The translations under genes were made by a program, and so were the position numbers. Of a stretch of DNA of 64,000 nt, positions 39,031 to 52,200 are shown piece by piece. A model generated the notes under the pieces. That model saw only the letters and a program-made list of their open reading frames with translations. It ran no database searches and was not told the origin of the DNA. Origin of the DNA: Marsupella aquatica (taxonomy: Eukaryota > Plantae > Marchantiophyta); the NCBI GenBank assembly GCA_973895155.1, contig OZ316892.1, forward strand, positions 9,094,283 through 9,158,282. The letters are read 5' to 3'. Each line of letters opens with the position of its first letter. The stretch's first letter is position 1.

Positions 39031-42000
39031 AAAAATATTTTGAACTTTTAATCAGCAGTATTCCTCATGATGCAGACCAATAAAAAATTGAAAATACCTT
39101 GGATACACATGATCCTCCAAACTGGATTGGGGGATCCACTTTTTCCAATGAATTAACTCCAAAAATGCAATATTAATATTACAATGGATCCTTGCATCTA
39201 TTTTTTCTGACCGACTCCAAAAATACTTTCAACAGAATCACACCTTGCCTTAGAGTTGACCATAGTTGGTTAGGGATAATCACAGTCGTGCAACATATTG
39301 GAATGACCACATGGATGGGCGATGTAAATTTTGGTTGATGTTTACATAGGTTTGGGCTTTTTGAGCGTCCAAAATGCCCGATTCCTTGTTACTTTCTTTG
39401 ATTTTTTTCATAAGGGCTTTTTATAGGGCTTTTTCCTCAGGAATTCCCCCTCAAGAATCACTTAGAGTAAAACCCCTAAAACAAGAACAAACCAATGAAA
39501 TTTGAAAAAATTATTAAATAAAAACTTTAATTAAAAACACACTTGTACCCTTTATTATATGATTTTGACAAATTCTTAAATATCTTGCTAAATAAAAACA
39601 CTAATATTTTTACCAAAATTGGATGTCTAAATGGCCTTAGTATAGATTTTGATTATAATTATTATCTTGACAAGATTAAAAATGATCTTCATTTGTTTTC
39701 ACTCCATTATAATAATCCAACAAGTGATTCCCCATAGGGAATGCCAATCCATATTGGACCAAATGTTCCCCTCGCGAATCACCTGTTGGATTCTTAGAAC
39801 CAGGTGCAAACAAATGAAGGGTATTTAAAATCTTACCCAATTAATAATTATAATCATAAATTTGTAATGAAGGTGAGTTTTTATTCCTATTTAATTTTAT
39901 AATTTCACTAAGGTTTTTTTTATTTGGTCAAAATATTATTTTTATTTCTATATGCAAGGGTATTAGCACATAGTGTATGCCGTGCGTCAGAAACAGATTG
40001 GTCCATGTGTCACTTGTTTAGTGTAGGTCATGTATTAGTAGTTTAATTTTTTAACAATGGTATTAGCGGTTAAGCAAGAACTATATATGTGCACTTGATT
40101 ATGTCTTAGTACTGTAAACTATACTTTATAAAGACACAAGGGGTTTTACAATGAGTTTCCAAAGTACGTACTTAAAAATGACTCAAAGGGTGTTTTTAAT
40201 ATTCATATTGAAAAATATTTATTATATTTTTCAAGGGTATTTTAAATTTGTCATATGAAAATTAATGAGGGGTACGTAACATGTAAGTGTTCACAGGGGT
40301 ATTAGTAGTTTTAGCCTAAATGATTCCCTAAGGACCATTCTTTGCCTTAGAAAATATTTTTGTCAGCTGGAAAAATGATGAGTGTATTCACACTTTTCTT
40401 CGATCAGTGTGTTGGAGGTGCATTAAGAAAGATATGGCCCAATTATTTTGACTTGTAGGTAAGCTTGTAACTGGGACTAGCAAGTTTGGCTTTGGGTTTG
40501 GTGTTGTCCATGGCTTAGCTTAGGTGATTATGGCTATCAATAGCTTAGCTTAAAGGTAACATTGGCCACGACTTGAATTAGATCAACTCGGCTTCAGCTT
40601 CCCGGTTGAGCTTAGGCTGGTCGGCCCTGGGATTTGGGCTAGCTTGAACTGGGGCCTGGGTACCATATGGTAGCTCAGGTTTGCTTCAACTTAGCCTAGG
40701 TTGGCAGGTTATTATGTTAGCAGGTAGTAGCTTAGTGCGGGGCCACCAATAGATCCAATCGGCGAGCCACTCGGATTAAGATAGATAGTTGGTTATTTAA
40801 CTAGCTGAATTTGGGTTAGCAATGTCACTTGAGTTAGCTCGGTAGTTTGTATCCCCTCTTGGTTATAGGGGCATAACTTTGTCTGAATTTGACCAAATTG
40901 GCTATAATTCAGCTCGTTGGAGAGAATACAAGAACTAGGTGAGAAGAAGAATATCTAAGTCCATACATTCCTCTTTCAAAATACTATACCAACTACTTGA
41001 ATGTTGACATTTGGCCCACTGATATTATGACGCATTTCACTACTTATTAAGGTCCTTTTCCAAAAAATTATTTTTGACCAATTCATAATATTCAATAAAT
41101 ACACTACATTACTTACCCTTAGGCCCTTACTCTTAATATATAATTATGTGGAGTGCGTGCAAAATCTTGAAGACTTGTTTTTATAGATTTTGAGCTAATA
41201 ATTATTAATATTACCGATAACAAGACATTCACTGGAATTAATTTTACTGACTGAGGGCCCGACCCAGAAACAAAAGCCTGGATGGACTGGCACGTTTGCC
41301 CCGGTTATCCCCATGGACTGTGATAGGGGACATACCATTTTACACCTAATCATGAGATAATTCAGCTGCAAATGGATGATAAATTCTCTCATAATTGTTC
41401 ACCTATATTTATGTCAGTCTAAGAACATAATGTGCTAACCTCAAAGCCAAATTGAGAATGTAAATGGAATGGAGTGAAGATGCACATTTAAAATCTTCCG
41501 TAGCTCCAAAACGGCAAAGTACTCAAAGCGCTTTTTGTAGCAAGAGCAGCGCTATATGAAAAATATAATTTTTGGTAGCTTTGTTTCTAAAAACTTACTT
41601 GTAGTTTTCCTCTTAGAAATTTCAGTAGCGCTCTCTGAAAAATTGAATTCATCAACAATACTCCCTCCAAAAATTCTCAAGTAGCTCTGTAGCAATAAAT
41701 TAATAAAAAATACTATTTATAACAAGAACAATGGTCTCTGAAAATAGTATTCCACAACAATGCTTATGCAAATTGGAATTTTCTTGGCTCCATAATGAAA
41801 AACATACTATAATATATCCTGGTAACAAGGGCAATGCACTCTATAAAAGTCAACATTATGTAAAAACATTTTTGGAAGTCATATAGTCATTCCGTAAAGT
41901 ATCAATGCACTAGAATCTCAAGAAAATAGGTAGAACAATTGTAGTTCATTTATGAAAAATTGAACTTATTTTGGCTTTAGATTTGATCCCCTAATCCGCT

Positions 42001-42964
42001 TGGTGGGAATTTTTTCCTTGGTTCATGAGTCATTGTGTAACTACTTTAGTCCCCCTTTCTGTAGGATTTATAAACATATTTAAAAATATATTTTTGAGTG
42101 AATTACATTCATTTGGTTTTTACCATTGAGCAAATTACTTTAGGCAGTATGAGTAAAATGTGAAGCACTCAATCTACTCAAAATGTCATCTTCAAAGAAG
42201 GCTAGATAAGGTATTTATATAAGTACCTAAATGTGCTTTACATTTTATCTTTTTTATCAAACTCTAAAAAAATGCTTAGAATAACTGTGTGGAGGGGAAA
42301 GAGTAAGTTGGAAGAATGAACGTAGTCTTCAATTAAAGTGCTTTGGCCTCTGTCTATGTATCTTTAAGAAAAAAATGGTAACAAAGTTTATTGACAAGGG
42401 AAATACTGGGACAGAATTGATGATTTGGTTGCTTACTTTGCGTTTTTTGGACAGAAGAGTAAAAAACAATATGCAAGCATATTCTTACATTTTAGTCAAG
42501 TCCATGCAGGTTTTTTAGTCAAGTCCGGATTTTTTAGTCAAGTCCGGATGAGAGCTTCATGGACAACATGCAGGTCCATCCGGGCTTTAAGTTCGAGGGC
42601 CAATGGTTACTTACACATCATGTTTACCATAAATATGTGGGTTGCATAGTTGTAACCAATTTCCAAAATTCACTCAAAATGAAAAATGACCATACACAAC
42701 TTTTTATAGAAAACAGAAATAACCGGCCGGGGAAATAACAAGGGGTAAAAGGGATGCGGTCATGATCAATGGGGGGTTCACTTGGGGGTTAAGTTACTAA
42801 TTTTACTTGGAGTGAGGACCCACATGGGGTATCCTTGTTTTTGTCTCCCTATTGTTTCATCATACTCAATACACTAATATTGAGTGTAGGTTGTTCTCTG
42901 TATGCTTGCATTAATTTTCTGTAGATTATTTGGATGAATTTTACTATAAAATTGTTTAAATCAC

Positions 42965-43155
42965 CACCCTATTCATTAAAACTGGAATTTCTCTAGTCCA
43001 GAAGTTGACCTTCAAATTTATTATTTTACCCCCAAAAATTCTATAACTTGTTCCCCAAAAGCATACATTTTAGTGGCCAAATATACACTTTTTGAGGTCT
43101 AAAATTACAATTCTAATGCCCAAATTATTAATTAAATAATTCATATATCAATTAT
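42965..43155. mobile_element. Degenerate relative of the MITE at 49462-49800
   Basis: Starts caccctattcattaaaa and shares the internal aaat(a/g)tacacttttt...tgcccaaat motifs. Confidence 0.5.
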
Positions 43156-43655
43156 AAATACTTATTAATTAAAAGATAATAAAGTGTTCTTATTATATAC
43201 AATATAAACAATGGAAAAATAGAATAAGACAATATAATAAATTCAAATGACCCGTGATAACCAAGTTACACAAACAGGGAAGGTAAACCGGTGATGTATT
43301 ATAAAAGTAAAAAACTTATTTTTACAGGGTCGAGACCACGTCTGCCCCAATGCAGGCTCTAGATGGTTTTGATCGGTTGTTGAATGTATATCAATTACTA
43401 TGTAAAAGTCTATGTCAAGATTATCTTGAGCCAAATGTAGGGTCCACATAATTTTGACCCATTGTTGAATCTATATCTTTAGCTATTCTCTTTGTATAGG
43501 GTCGAGACCCAAATAACCTTTTTTTGAGAACATATTTACAAGTAAAAGAGGATCAACAGCATCTAGACCCAAATGGATAGTACGCATAGCTTCACTCTTT
43601 TTTCTAGTAAGAATATGTATATCTACAACTCACATCGACACTGTTCAGTGCAGGG

Positions 43656-44692
43656 TCAAGATAATCTAGACCCAAATCTCATGCTCCTCCACCCCGCAGA
43701 ATTCATTGAGCAAGTAAATCTAGACCCTGATGGGTCATATTTCATATTGCGATTGCAGAAATTGAGAGGCTTTATATTCCAGAACTTCGTGGTGAGGTCC
43801 CTACACCTCAGGACTTCTGAAAGAAATCCCCAATGATTGTCTCTGTAGGGTCCTGTATACTGATCTCCAATTAATGTTTTTGCAAGGTCGTTGATTGCCT
43901 CCTCCGTCAATTCCTCCATTGGTGGTAATTGTTGCACTTCATTCTTGACATCCCAAGGAATTTTGTCCGCTTTGACATCCAAGACTGAATGGATAACAGA
44001 ATGAACCCATACCATACTACCCCATCGCTCTGTCAACAACGCATAAATGGCAACTTGTTGATCTCTGTCCGATAAAACATTTATCATAGACCACTTTGGA
44101 TGATTGATAAAAAGGTAGTGCTAAAGATTGAAGGCATGATACAATTTCCTGAGCAGAGGCCACAGTATTTCTGGAAAGAATGTATCATCCGTGGAGTGAT
44201 GCGAAAATGAGGAAGGAAACAACCCACAATTCTCTGGATTTGCAAACCCCTTCATTGGAGTGTCATCAAGAAGGAGTGTATTAGTTTCATCGTATAATCC
44301 ACCATAACGTTTCCAAACAACCCTCAAATCCTTCAAATGAATATTTGCCTTCCCATCGGTAATGTCAAGCCTCTGGATTCCAGTATCGAATGTATCTTCT
44401 TGTGTGAGAATAAACTTGAATTGCTCTTGCTCTTCTTGACTGAAGATCAAATGAATCATTTCATTCGTCCTGGGTTTCCTTGCACAAGTCCAAATGGCAA
44501 CATCAAATATTAACAAAAAAGCTGCGATTAAGAACTCGTGAAGATGGGACGTTGCTCAACATACATAAAGTTAAACCCTCCATGTCTCCCCGAGTGGACA
44601 CCCTTGACACTTGTCGCACTACGGCGCGGTCCGGAACTTGGCGTTTTGACAGAATCCCAACATATTTTGTTGAGGTCAAGAATAAATAGCTT
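43656..44692 (-). pseudogene. FCP1/NIF-family (HAD-like CTD phosphatase-type) domain protein, disrupted
   Basis: KLFILDLNK (cf. KLLVLDLNG), then after a frameshift FDVAIWTCA and TLLLDDTPMKGFANPENCGLFP (cf. LLIDDSPYKA..NP....FP). An in-frame stop at 44121-44123 reads on into ORF 43656..44087. Confidence 0.75.
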
Positions 44693-45004
44693 CCATCAGA
44701 TCGGACCATGATGAAGTGGAGGCAAGGGTCCTGCAAACAAAAAAAACCAATGTTAGAATTGTGGGAGATAAAACAGAGGAATGCTCGAGACGATCTCAAG
44801 CATCACAAGTGAATGAACAACAGTCAATGTCATCATACTTGTTGTTGGTTGAAGGCCAGTAGTTGAAGAAATCTTAGGACATCTTCGAAGATTATTGTCG
44901 ACGCACTCCATAACTGGCAAGGGCCCGCCTATTTCTGTGAAGGTAGACATAATAATTTAGACGGCTGAATTTTAGGACTGTTCAAACTAACTTGGGTTTC
45001 AACC

Positions 45005-48000
45005 TCATGTGCTGAAAGACCCAAATTCATCTAGAAGGTTATCTCCTAGTTGGTTTTGGATGTCCAAATTTATCCCTCCAGGAAGGGTCTCAACAAGAGC
45101 TGGTTCAGACCAAACTGGCACTAATTTGAACTTATCCTTCCTATACTTTCTAGATCGAATAATCTTCTCAGACTGCTCTATACTGACTTGTTGACCTTTC
45201 GACGGTCCATCAGTCCAAACATAATGAGTAGCACTTGCTTTGAGTGATTTGTAACCAGTTCTACCAATTTTAGTCCCCGGTTTCCTAACAAAAGGGAGAA
45301 TTACTGGGCTTCCAGTAGAAGAATCTGTGAAAACAAGCTTATTCTCTGAAGCGCAAAACATTTGGTCCAAGGGAGAGGACAATGCACCTGCCTCGTCCTG
45401 AGGGGGAGTATGGGAGCGACTAGCTTTCTTAGTAGAGAGAATCTCATATAGTTGAGGAGGGCTTGGAATTGGTTGACTAACTGCGTCCTGCAAGGTGGAT
45501 TCCTAGCCAATGTTCATCCAAGGTTGAAGAGTGTTGTTCACATTGTGCGTCCCCAAGGCCACCCGATGAAGGAACACCTGGAAGGTCGAGATCATCTCGA
45601 GCATCATTTCCAAATTCAGGCAGTATTTCACCCTCCTCTTCCATGTAGCTTGGGATTTTTGGGCCCTCCGTTTTGCGATGCTCTACATTCTCCGCAAATA
45701 CTTCCTCAAAAATACTGGTTTCCACCGGAGCTATGTCTGAGGCCGCCTCTTCTATAAGAACGAGGGGACCGGCAATAATTTCTTGAGATGCTAACGACTC
45801 TGTGGGTGGTACATATAAAACCTGCTTGTTGTCATGGAGGAGCTGAGCAAAGGCTTCTATGCATTCCATCTCTTGGGCTGTGTCCAAATACACAAAACAA
45901 TCCCAACCAAGAATGACACAAGCTTTCAATGTCTGTCCTCCAGAGAAGAAATCCAACATTGTGTGACCTGGGCCGGAGAAATAATCAATAAGACGCTTTG
46001 TCATTCGCAAAGGCTTTGTTCTCGGGTTTACAAAGCCACCCCGCCGACCGACCATCTCATAAGATGGGGTCATCTTCTCCAAAACTTTGACATCAACAAT
46101 ACATTCATCGAGCTTATCTTTCCCCTTTGATTGGTCTTTGTTGTTCCCAGTAGGGGCCTTCAAAGACAAGATTGTGAAGTCTTTGTCCCACTTCTCACTG
46201 TAGTTCCAAAACGCATAAAAGTCATCAAAGAAAATTTGGGACCAGTTTGGTTCCTCTTCACAACAAATTCCCCCAAAGATGATTGAGTCTCGGGCTCCAA
46301 TGAGAAAATCTCCCTCCTCCTTGGGCAGGTGATCACGGTAGTAACTCCCGTACTCCAGCTTCGTGTGGACTTTCTTCTCATGACAAATCTTTTCAAAGGC
46401 ACTCTGAATCTGGCCTATCAATGGGCCTTGACGGACAAAAAAGATTACCAAGAGCTCAGTCAAGTTCGCCATCTGCAAACAATACTCCAACAAGACAAAA
46501 AAATTGGCATCTGTCCATTGCTGTTGTCGAAGATGACCAAAATTGACAATGGAAAGTGAGCATGTCCTTTGCACCGAGTCAACAATCTCAGGCTTCATTG
46601 TCCTCATCAAATTATCGCTAAAAAATGTGCGATAAGGAGTATCCTCCATTGAAAGGCATCCCGCCAAATACCTTACAATATATCTGCTCAAGCCTAACAA
46701 TGAGACTTTGCGGAAATGGGTCTTTTGGCCTATTTCTTTTTAGGAGGTTGGAAATCTAAACCTCTCCAGCAAGTTGTCTAAGTTTGGGCAACTCACCACA
46801 ATCCATAAATGCAGACAAATATTGAGTTAGCTCAAACCAAGTGAGTGAATTGGCAAACCGATCCGGATACTTCAAAACGAAGTACTCCACAATTTTTGCC
46901 CTCAGCTTGGTCATGACTTTGAAAGTACGAGCCATATCACTCATTGATTGAACATCAGATTTGTTGGTTGGGTCTTTCTTCAATAAAACCTTCTGATGTT
47001 GAACGGCAATAAAAACTTTTAGAATGTCGTCAATACTCAGGTCTCCTTCAAAGCATCTAAACAATGCCGGCGTAATCATTTTTGTTGTCCAGGATTTCCC
47101 ATTTATTTTTGAACCTAACTCCCCTAGACCATCCGAAAGAAGTCCCTTGACCCAATCGATGCACATTTGTCTCCAAGACTAGAAGAGGTTCTCTTCCGAA
47201 AAAAGCAACCAAAAACTATTCCTCACATTGGATTTTCCAGTCGTTATTTTGGCCAAGGCCATAAAATCCTGATCCAAACAGTACAAAGAAAATCTGAGGC
47301 TGGAGACGATCTCGAGGTAGAATTAAGGAACTATGTTGAAATTTATGGGAGAAGACATGAAGATAAATCAAATACAAAAACTTGACCTCGAGGCTCGAGA
47401 CAATCTCGAGCTAGAAGTGGATTTGAGTTTGAATATACCTAGAACTTTTGATGATCCGTTAGTCTATTGGATCCAATCACGGGTCTCATTTGACGGCCAC
47501 ACTCGTCAAACTGTCGACGGGCATGGACCATAGTATCAAGAACACAGGACTCATACTCCATGGTCTTGTTAACAACATTTGCCCTTTGTGAGTGTTGAGC
47601 AAGTATTGTTCTTGGAGTTTTGTCCAAAAGAATTCGTGACTTTCGATACTACAGACTCTTGCAACCTCCTTCAACTTTGCATCGCTCTTAGCCCAACCTA
47701 TGATCCAAACAGCTGCATTTGCTGAGTGTTGTCCACTAATTGCAAGGAACTGCACCTTCTTATTCTTAACACCCCACTCAAACTCCTTTCGATCCTCAGG
47801 AGTATTCTCATAATGGACCAACTATGAACTCTCTCTTGAATACGGAATTAAATCCGCCACAGCTGGTACCATTCCAGGGTTTCTAACCATGGATTTTGCA
47901 ACCTCAATGGCATGGTCTTTATTGACATCCTATATACCAATACTGTAGAAGGTGAATCTATACTAGTAACAAGAATGTCAAAATTTTCATTCATGCCAAA

Positions 48001-48379
48001 TGTGTAATACTCCTCAATCTCCTTAAGAACTTTGGCTCCTTCTTTAACGCTCTTTTCTCCCAGAGCATCTCCTGGAGTTTTGTCATCATTGGTATGTGCA
48101 CTCACACCCAAGGAAGATGCCGGAATGAGATCTACCTTGGGTGGCGCGGAATTTTTTGGAGGTGGAGCCTTCTTCGCTTTGCTTTCGGGTTTGTCAACCC
48201 TCTTCCTCTTTTGAGACACCTTTGCTTCCTTTTTGTCCAAACCGGACGTCTTGTCTCCTACAGCTACGGATTTCAATTTACCTGTTTGTCTTCAATGAGA
48301 CAACACCCACTTTTTACAAGCATCCTCGTCAAATTCTCTGGCTCCAAACACAAAATCAGGGGATATGGATTCAAACTCC
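45005..48379 (-). pseudogene. ParB/sulfiredoxin-like domain fused to an N6A/N4C (beta-class) DNA methyltransferase-like domain with an acidic tail; disrupted and 5'-interrupted by the CACTA element
   Basis: Joined frames give YR-DVNKDHAIEVAKSMVRNPG...FLAISGQHS (GQHS at 47723-47734) and VNPRTKPLRMTKRLIDYFSGPGHTMLDFFSGGQTLKACVILG (~45900-46030; cf. HPT.KP..L...LI...S..GD.VLDPF.GSGTT..A....G). There are several TAG/TGA stops and frameshifts and a probable intron at ~47271-47438. Confidence 0.7.
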
Positions 48380-48680
48380 CACTAGTAGAAACCGGGGGGT
48401 ATTTAGACCCCATTAAACGACTATTCAGTACCGTATAGGACTTGGAAACGACTGGGAAGGACTCTAGTCCTTTATAGGACTGCGAGTCGTATGTTTTGTT
48501 ACTATAATCAACTGAGTCCTTTATAGAACTGGTTTATAAGTCGTTTAATAGACTGGATTTTCAGTCTATTTTAGTCTTTGTGTGGGTAGCTTTGGTGAGT
48601 CGTTTTTAGTCTTTTATGGGCTGCGATGATGAGTCGTTGGGAACGACTAAAAAGGTTATGGAGGGTAGTCTTTAAATATA
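48380..48680. repeat. CACTA TIR and subterminal AACGACT/AGTCGTT repeats
   Basis: Multiple direct and inverted copies next to the TIR. The preceding trinucleotide TCC (48377-48379) is the predicted TSD. Confidence 0.85.
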
Positions 48681-49205
48681 CTTTGTGGGGTATGTATAAG
48701 TCTTTTATGTCAACTAGATATGAGTGATGAAGACCCCACTATACTACTTGGAATGAACCCACTCTTGTGCACAAATAACATATTGCATTCATGTTTTATT
48801 GTGTACTTGGAATGAACTCACTCTATAAGTTCACCATTCATCATGTTAACATTAGAATACATAGTTTCAGAAAGCCATCTTCTATACCATGTACACTAAT
48901 ATGAATTCACAGATTCAAACTTCATAGACTACAAAGAAGGTCACAAAGTATTCCTCTATACCATACACACTAATACAGAAATGATAAAATAGATTCAAGT
49001 ATCATAGACAATCACCATAGAGCCATAGTTTGACATCAATCACTTGTTTCATACATACAGAATTCAGAAATATCAATGTCACACACAACGTCTCCTTCAT
49101 CCTCTTTACCAAATGGAAAAATTGGTACAGATATTTCTTGGATCTTTCCAAGGCAATGTCAAAATGTGACACAATTCACATGATGCTATCTACACTTGCA
49201 TTCAG

Positions 49206-52200
49206 TCACTGCAGACTAACACACTCTGATGGCCAGAGCACAAGAGATCCTACTGCATCTGCAATTATTTCCTGAGGTGGATCATCGTCTCTATTCGGAA
49301 ATGGCAAATTACAATCAGATACAATCACTGTAGTCAACAACACTACTACATGGTCATCCGGGACCACTTTGCCATGGAATTTTGCATGATCCGGTCGCAA
49401 AATGCCTGTACCCACACATACCTGCGAGTCATCCTCCCATGATAGAAGATTATGGACTGATCACCCTATTCATTAAAAGTGTATTTTATTTTGTTCACTT
49501 TTAGGCCTCGAAATGTACACTTTTTGGTCTCTAAATGTACACTTTTTAACCCCAAAAGGTATATTATAGTACAATACTCTACACCTAAATAGTCAATTGT
49601 AAACTTGAGAGAGAAAAAATGATCTTTACTAGAAGGAGTCTCATCCTAGTTCATTTATAAAAGATGAACATGGTGATATGTCTGATGGCCATCACCTTTA
49701 TTTCTTGCCCAAATGTTTACTTTTTGAAAGCCAAATGTACACTTTCTATTGCCCAAATGTTCACAAATTGAATAATAATTCACTTTTAATGAATAGATTG
49801 ATACTGGCTCTGCTGTGGCTATCACCTCCACCTTACCCTGGCTGTTTTTCTTGGCTTTCCTGGGTGGCTTATACATGACATTATTCATACCTTGGTTGCG
49901 AGTCATGACTTTGGCACGAGTGTTTTGTGCTGGTGATCGAGAATTGGCTACACTCTTCTTCAAAGAATCTGCATCCATATTTGACACTTCTGATTGTGTA
50001 GCAGGATTTCCCTGCGACATCATCTCAGTATCTGCCAACATTGTACTTGCTTCAATTGAAGCATCTACAATCTTACTTGCATCCAATGTTGCTCCCAAGT
50101 TTCGACGTCGCTTCACCCTACTCCCACTTGGTTGAGAGTCTATCAACTCTGCATCAACTACAATTCAGTGTCATGTCCAACATAAGTCAATCACTCATCA
50201 CATGTGCTAAATGTACATGTCACCAACCACAAAGTTGTCACTATCTCCTTACCATTATGAACAGCCTTCTTCCCCTTCTTTGCCATTGCCATATGCTCCA
50301 TGTCTGCTTCTGTTGATCAATAAACACACCACAATATTCAGGTTGAATCTATTAACCACTGAATTGTTGCTCAACATTCATATAGAGGAATTTAAAGCAT
50401 CAGCTTACCTGATACCTCCTTGGCTATGGTCACTGAGGCACTGGGCACATCTTCTTCATTATTGCTCTTTGAATCACCTGATACATCAATCATGATGTCA
50501 CTTCAGATCCCAGTTCATCCAACCAGTTCTTACAGAAAAGATTACCTCCAACCGGCTTAAGCTTCACAAAACTCCATGCACTTTTCAAATGTAATGTATT
50601 GGATCATAGCAGGTTACCTGTCTCAGCAACCTTCTTGCCCTTGTGCTTACTGATTACAGGGTCCTTCTCTGCCTCCACTCTTCCTGCATTCAAACCATTC
50701 ACTCAATTCATGAAAACTTACTTCTAACATTTGAACATAGGACACAATGAACAATGGGCCGGTGTCATTTCCATACCTGTGTCAGATTTGCCAATTCCCT
50801 TTTTTGTTAACAAGGGCACACTTTGTACAATGTTGCCCTCATTGTTTGGTTGGGAACCACCCAATTTTTCAATCACAAGCTTGAAATTAGACTCCACTGA
50901 TGCAAGAAGGTTCGCTACAGATGCCTCCACAATATCCAAACGATCAGCCAATTTACTTTCCACTCGAGGGAGTCCACACTCTAATGACTTCAACCGTTCA
51001 CACATCTCTGTGAGAGTTGTAACAGTTCCCTGTCATAACACAGCTTACATATCTCAGATAACTGTCCCCAAGAACTGGTTGCTTACTTCCTACTACATTT
51101 CTTTCTGATGCTCAAGGCCAAATAGTCACAGAACATACAGAATTACAACATAATCACCTGTTTGGAAGTTACACTTGTCACCTCACTCCTTTGTTTCATG
51201 AACTCCTCTCTCACTTCTTGTGCTGATGGTTCTTCACCTGTCAATTTCTTCTGCAGTCCACATCAACATACATATGAATGAAACCAAGTGTTGATTGTCA
51301 ATGAAAATGTAATAATGGTAGCAAGATGATAAGTTTGAAGCTTACTATCAGGCATGTCACTGCCTTACCAATTGTTCTTTCACTGGAGCATAACTTCCTC
51401 TCCCAGCCTGTGAAAGGTGTTTCACTTTGCCTCGAGCATTTGACATCAGTTCACTCTTGCTCTGTCCAGCCTCCGACATGAACCCTTTGATTAACCGTGT
51501 CCATTGATCCAGTTCCAATGATGGGGGTGGTGGCATTCTCCTGTTAGAACCATTGTCTATCCACATCCTTTTCAACCTATGCCTCTCTTGTTTCAAAATC
51601 CTCATTGCATAATCTGATATGCAATCTTCAACTGGGCCCTTACCATCATTACCAACATACTCCCATCGTTCAAGAATGTCCTTGCAGATAGCAGCCCAAT
51701 CAGCTTTGTTCTGACTCCTAAACTCTGTAATGCTCAAATCTAACCAACGCAATACTTCTCCTCTTAGGTCAGAATGCCAACGGTTCTTACCATCACATGT
51801 GGGAGTTATCCAACCTTCGGAATTCACTTCTACTTTACCAAATTTGTTACTGTCTCCTGCCTTGGTACTCCCTGAAGCGCTACTAGGTGTCCCTCCACGG
51901 CCTGGTGTCCCCCCACGGCCTGGGGTCCCTCCACGGCCTGATCTCCCCCCACGGCCTGGATTGCATTGTCCAAACCTCCCTGGAGTCCCTGCACATTTAC
52001 AGGATCCATTTACAGTCACTTACATTAGGTAAGTATGAATCATAAATCCCGCTGCCAAATATACAGTGGACTTCAGAGCAATTCTGCAATGACCAAGTTA
52101 CCTCTCCCTTGGCGCATAGATGGTTCTGGACCACCTGTCCTATTGCTTTGTCTTGATGAATTAGGGGCGTTTCTCCCGCCTGTGAATGATTGCCTCCTAT

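Noticed and set aside
40450-41950. Degenerate short-repeat tracts (GGCTTAGCTT-like; TAGCGCTCT..GAAAAAT-like)
   Set aside because: Too decayed to define units or termini; probably old TE subterminal sequence.
46635-46646. DTPY as the MTase catalytic DPPY motif
   Set aside because: It lies upstream of where the strand preceding motif IV seems to align (LSIVNFGH) and next to a frameshift. Not supportable without an alignment.
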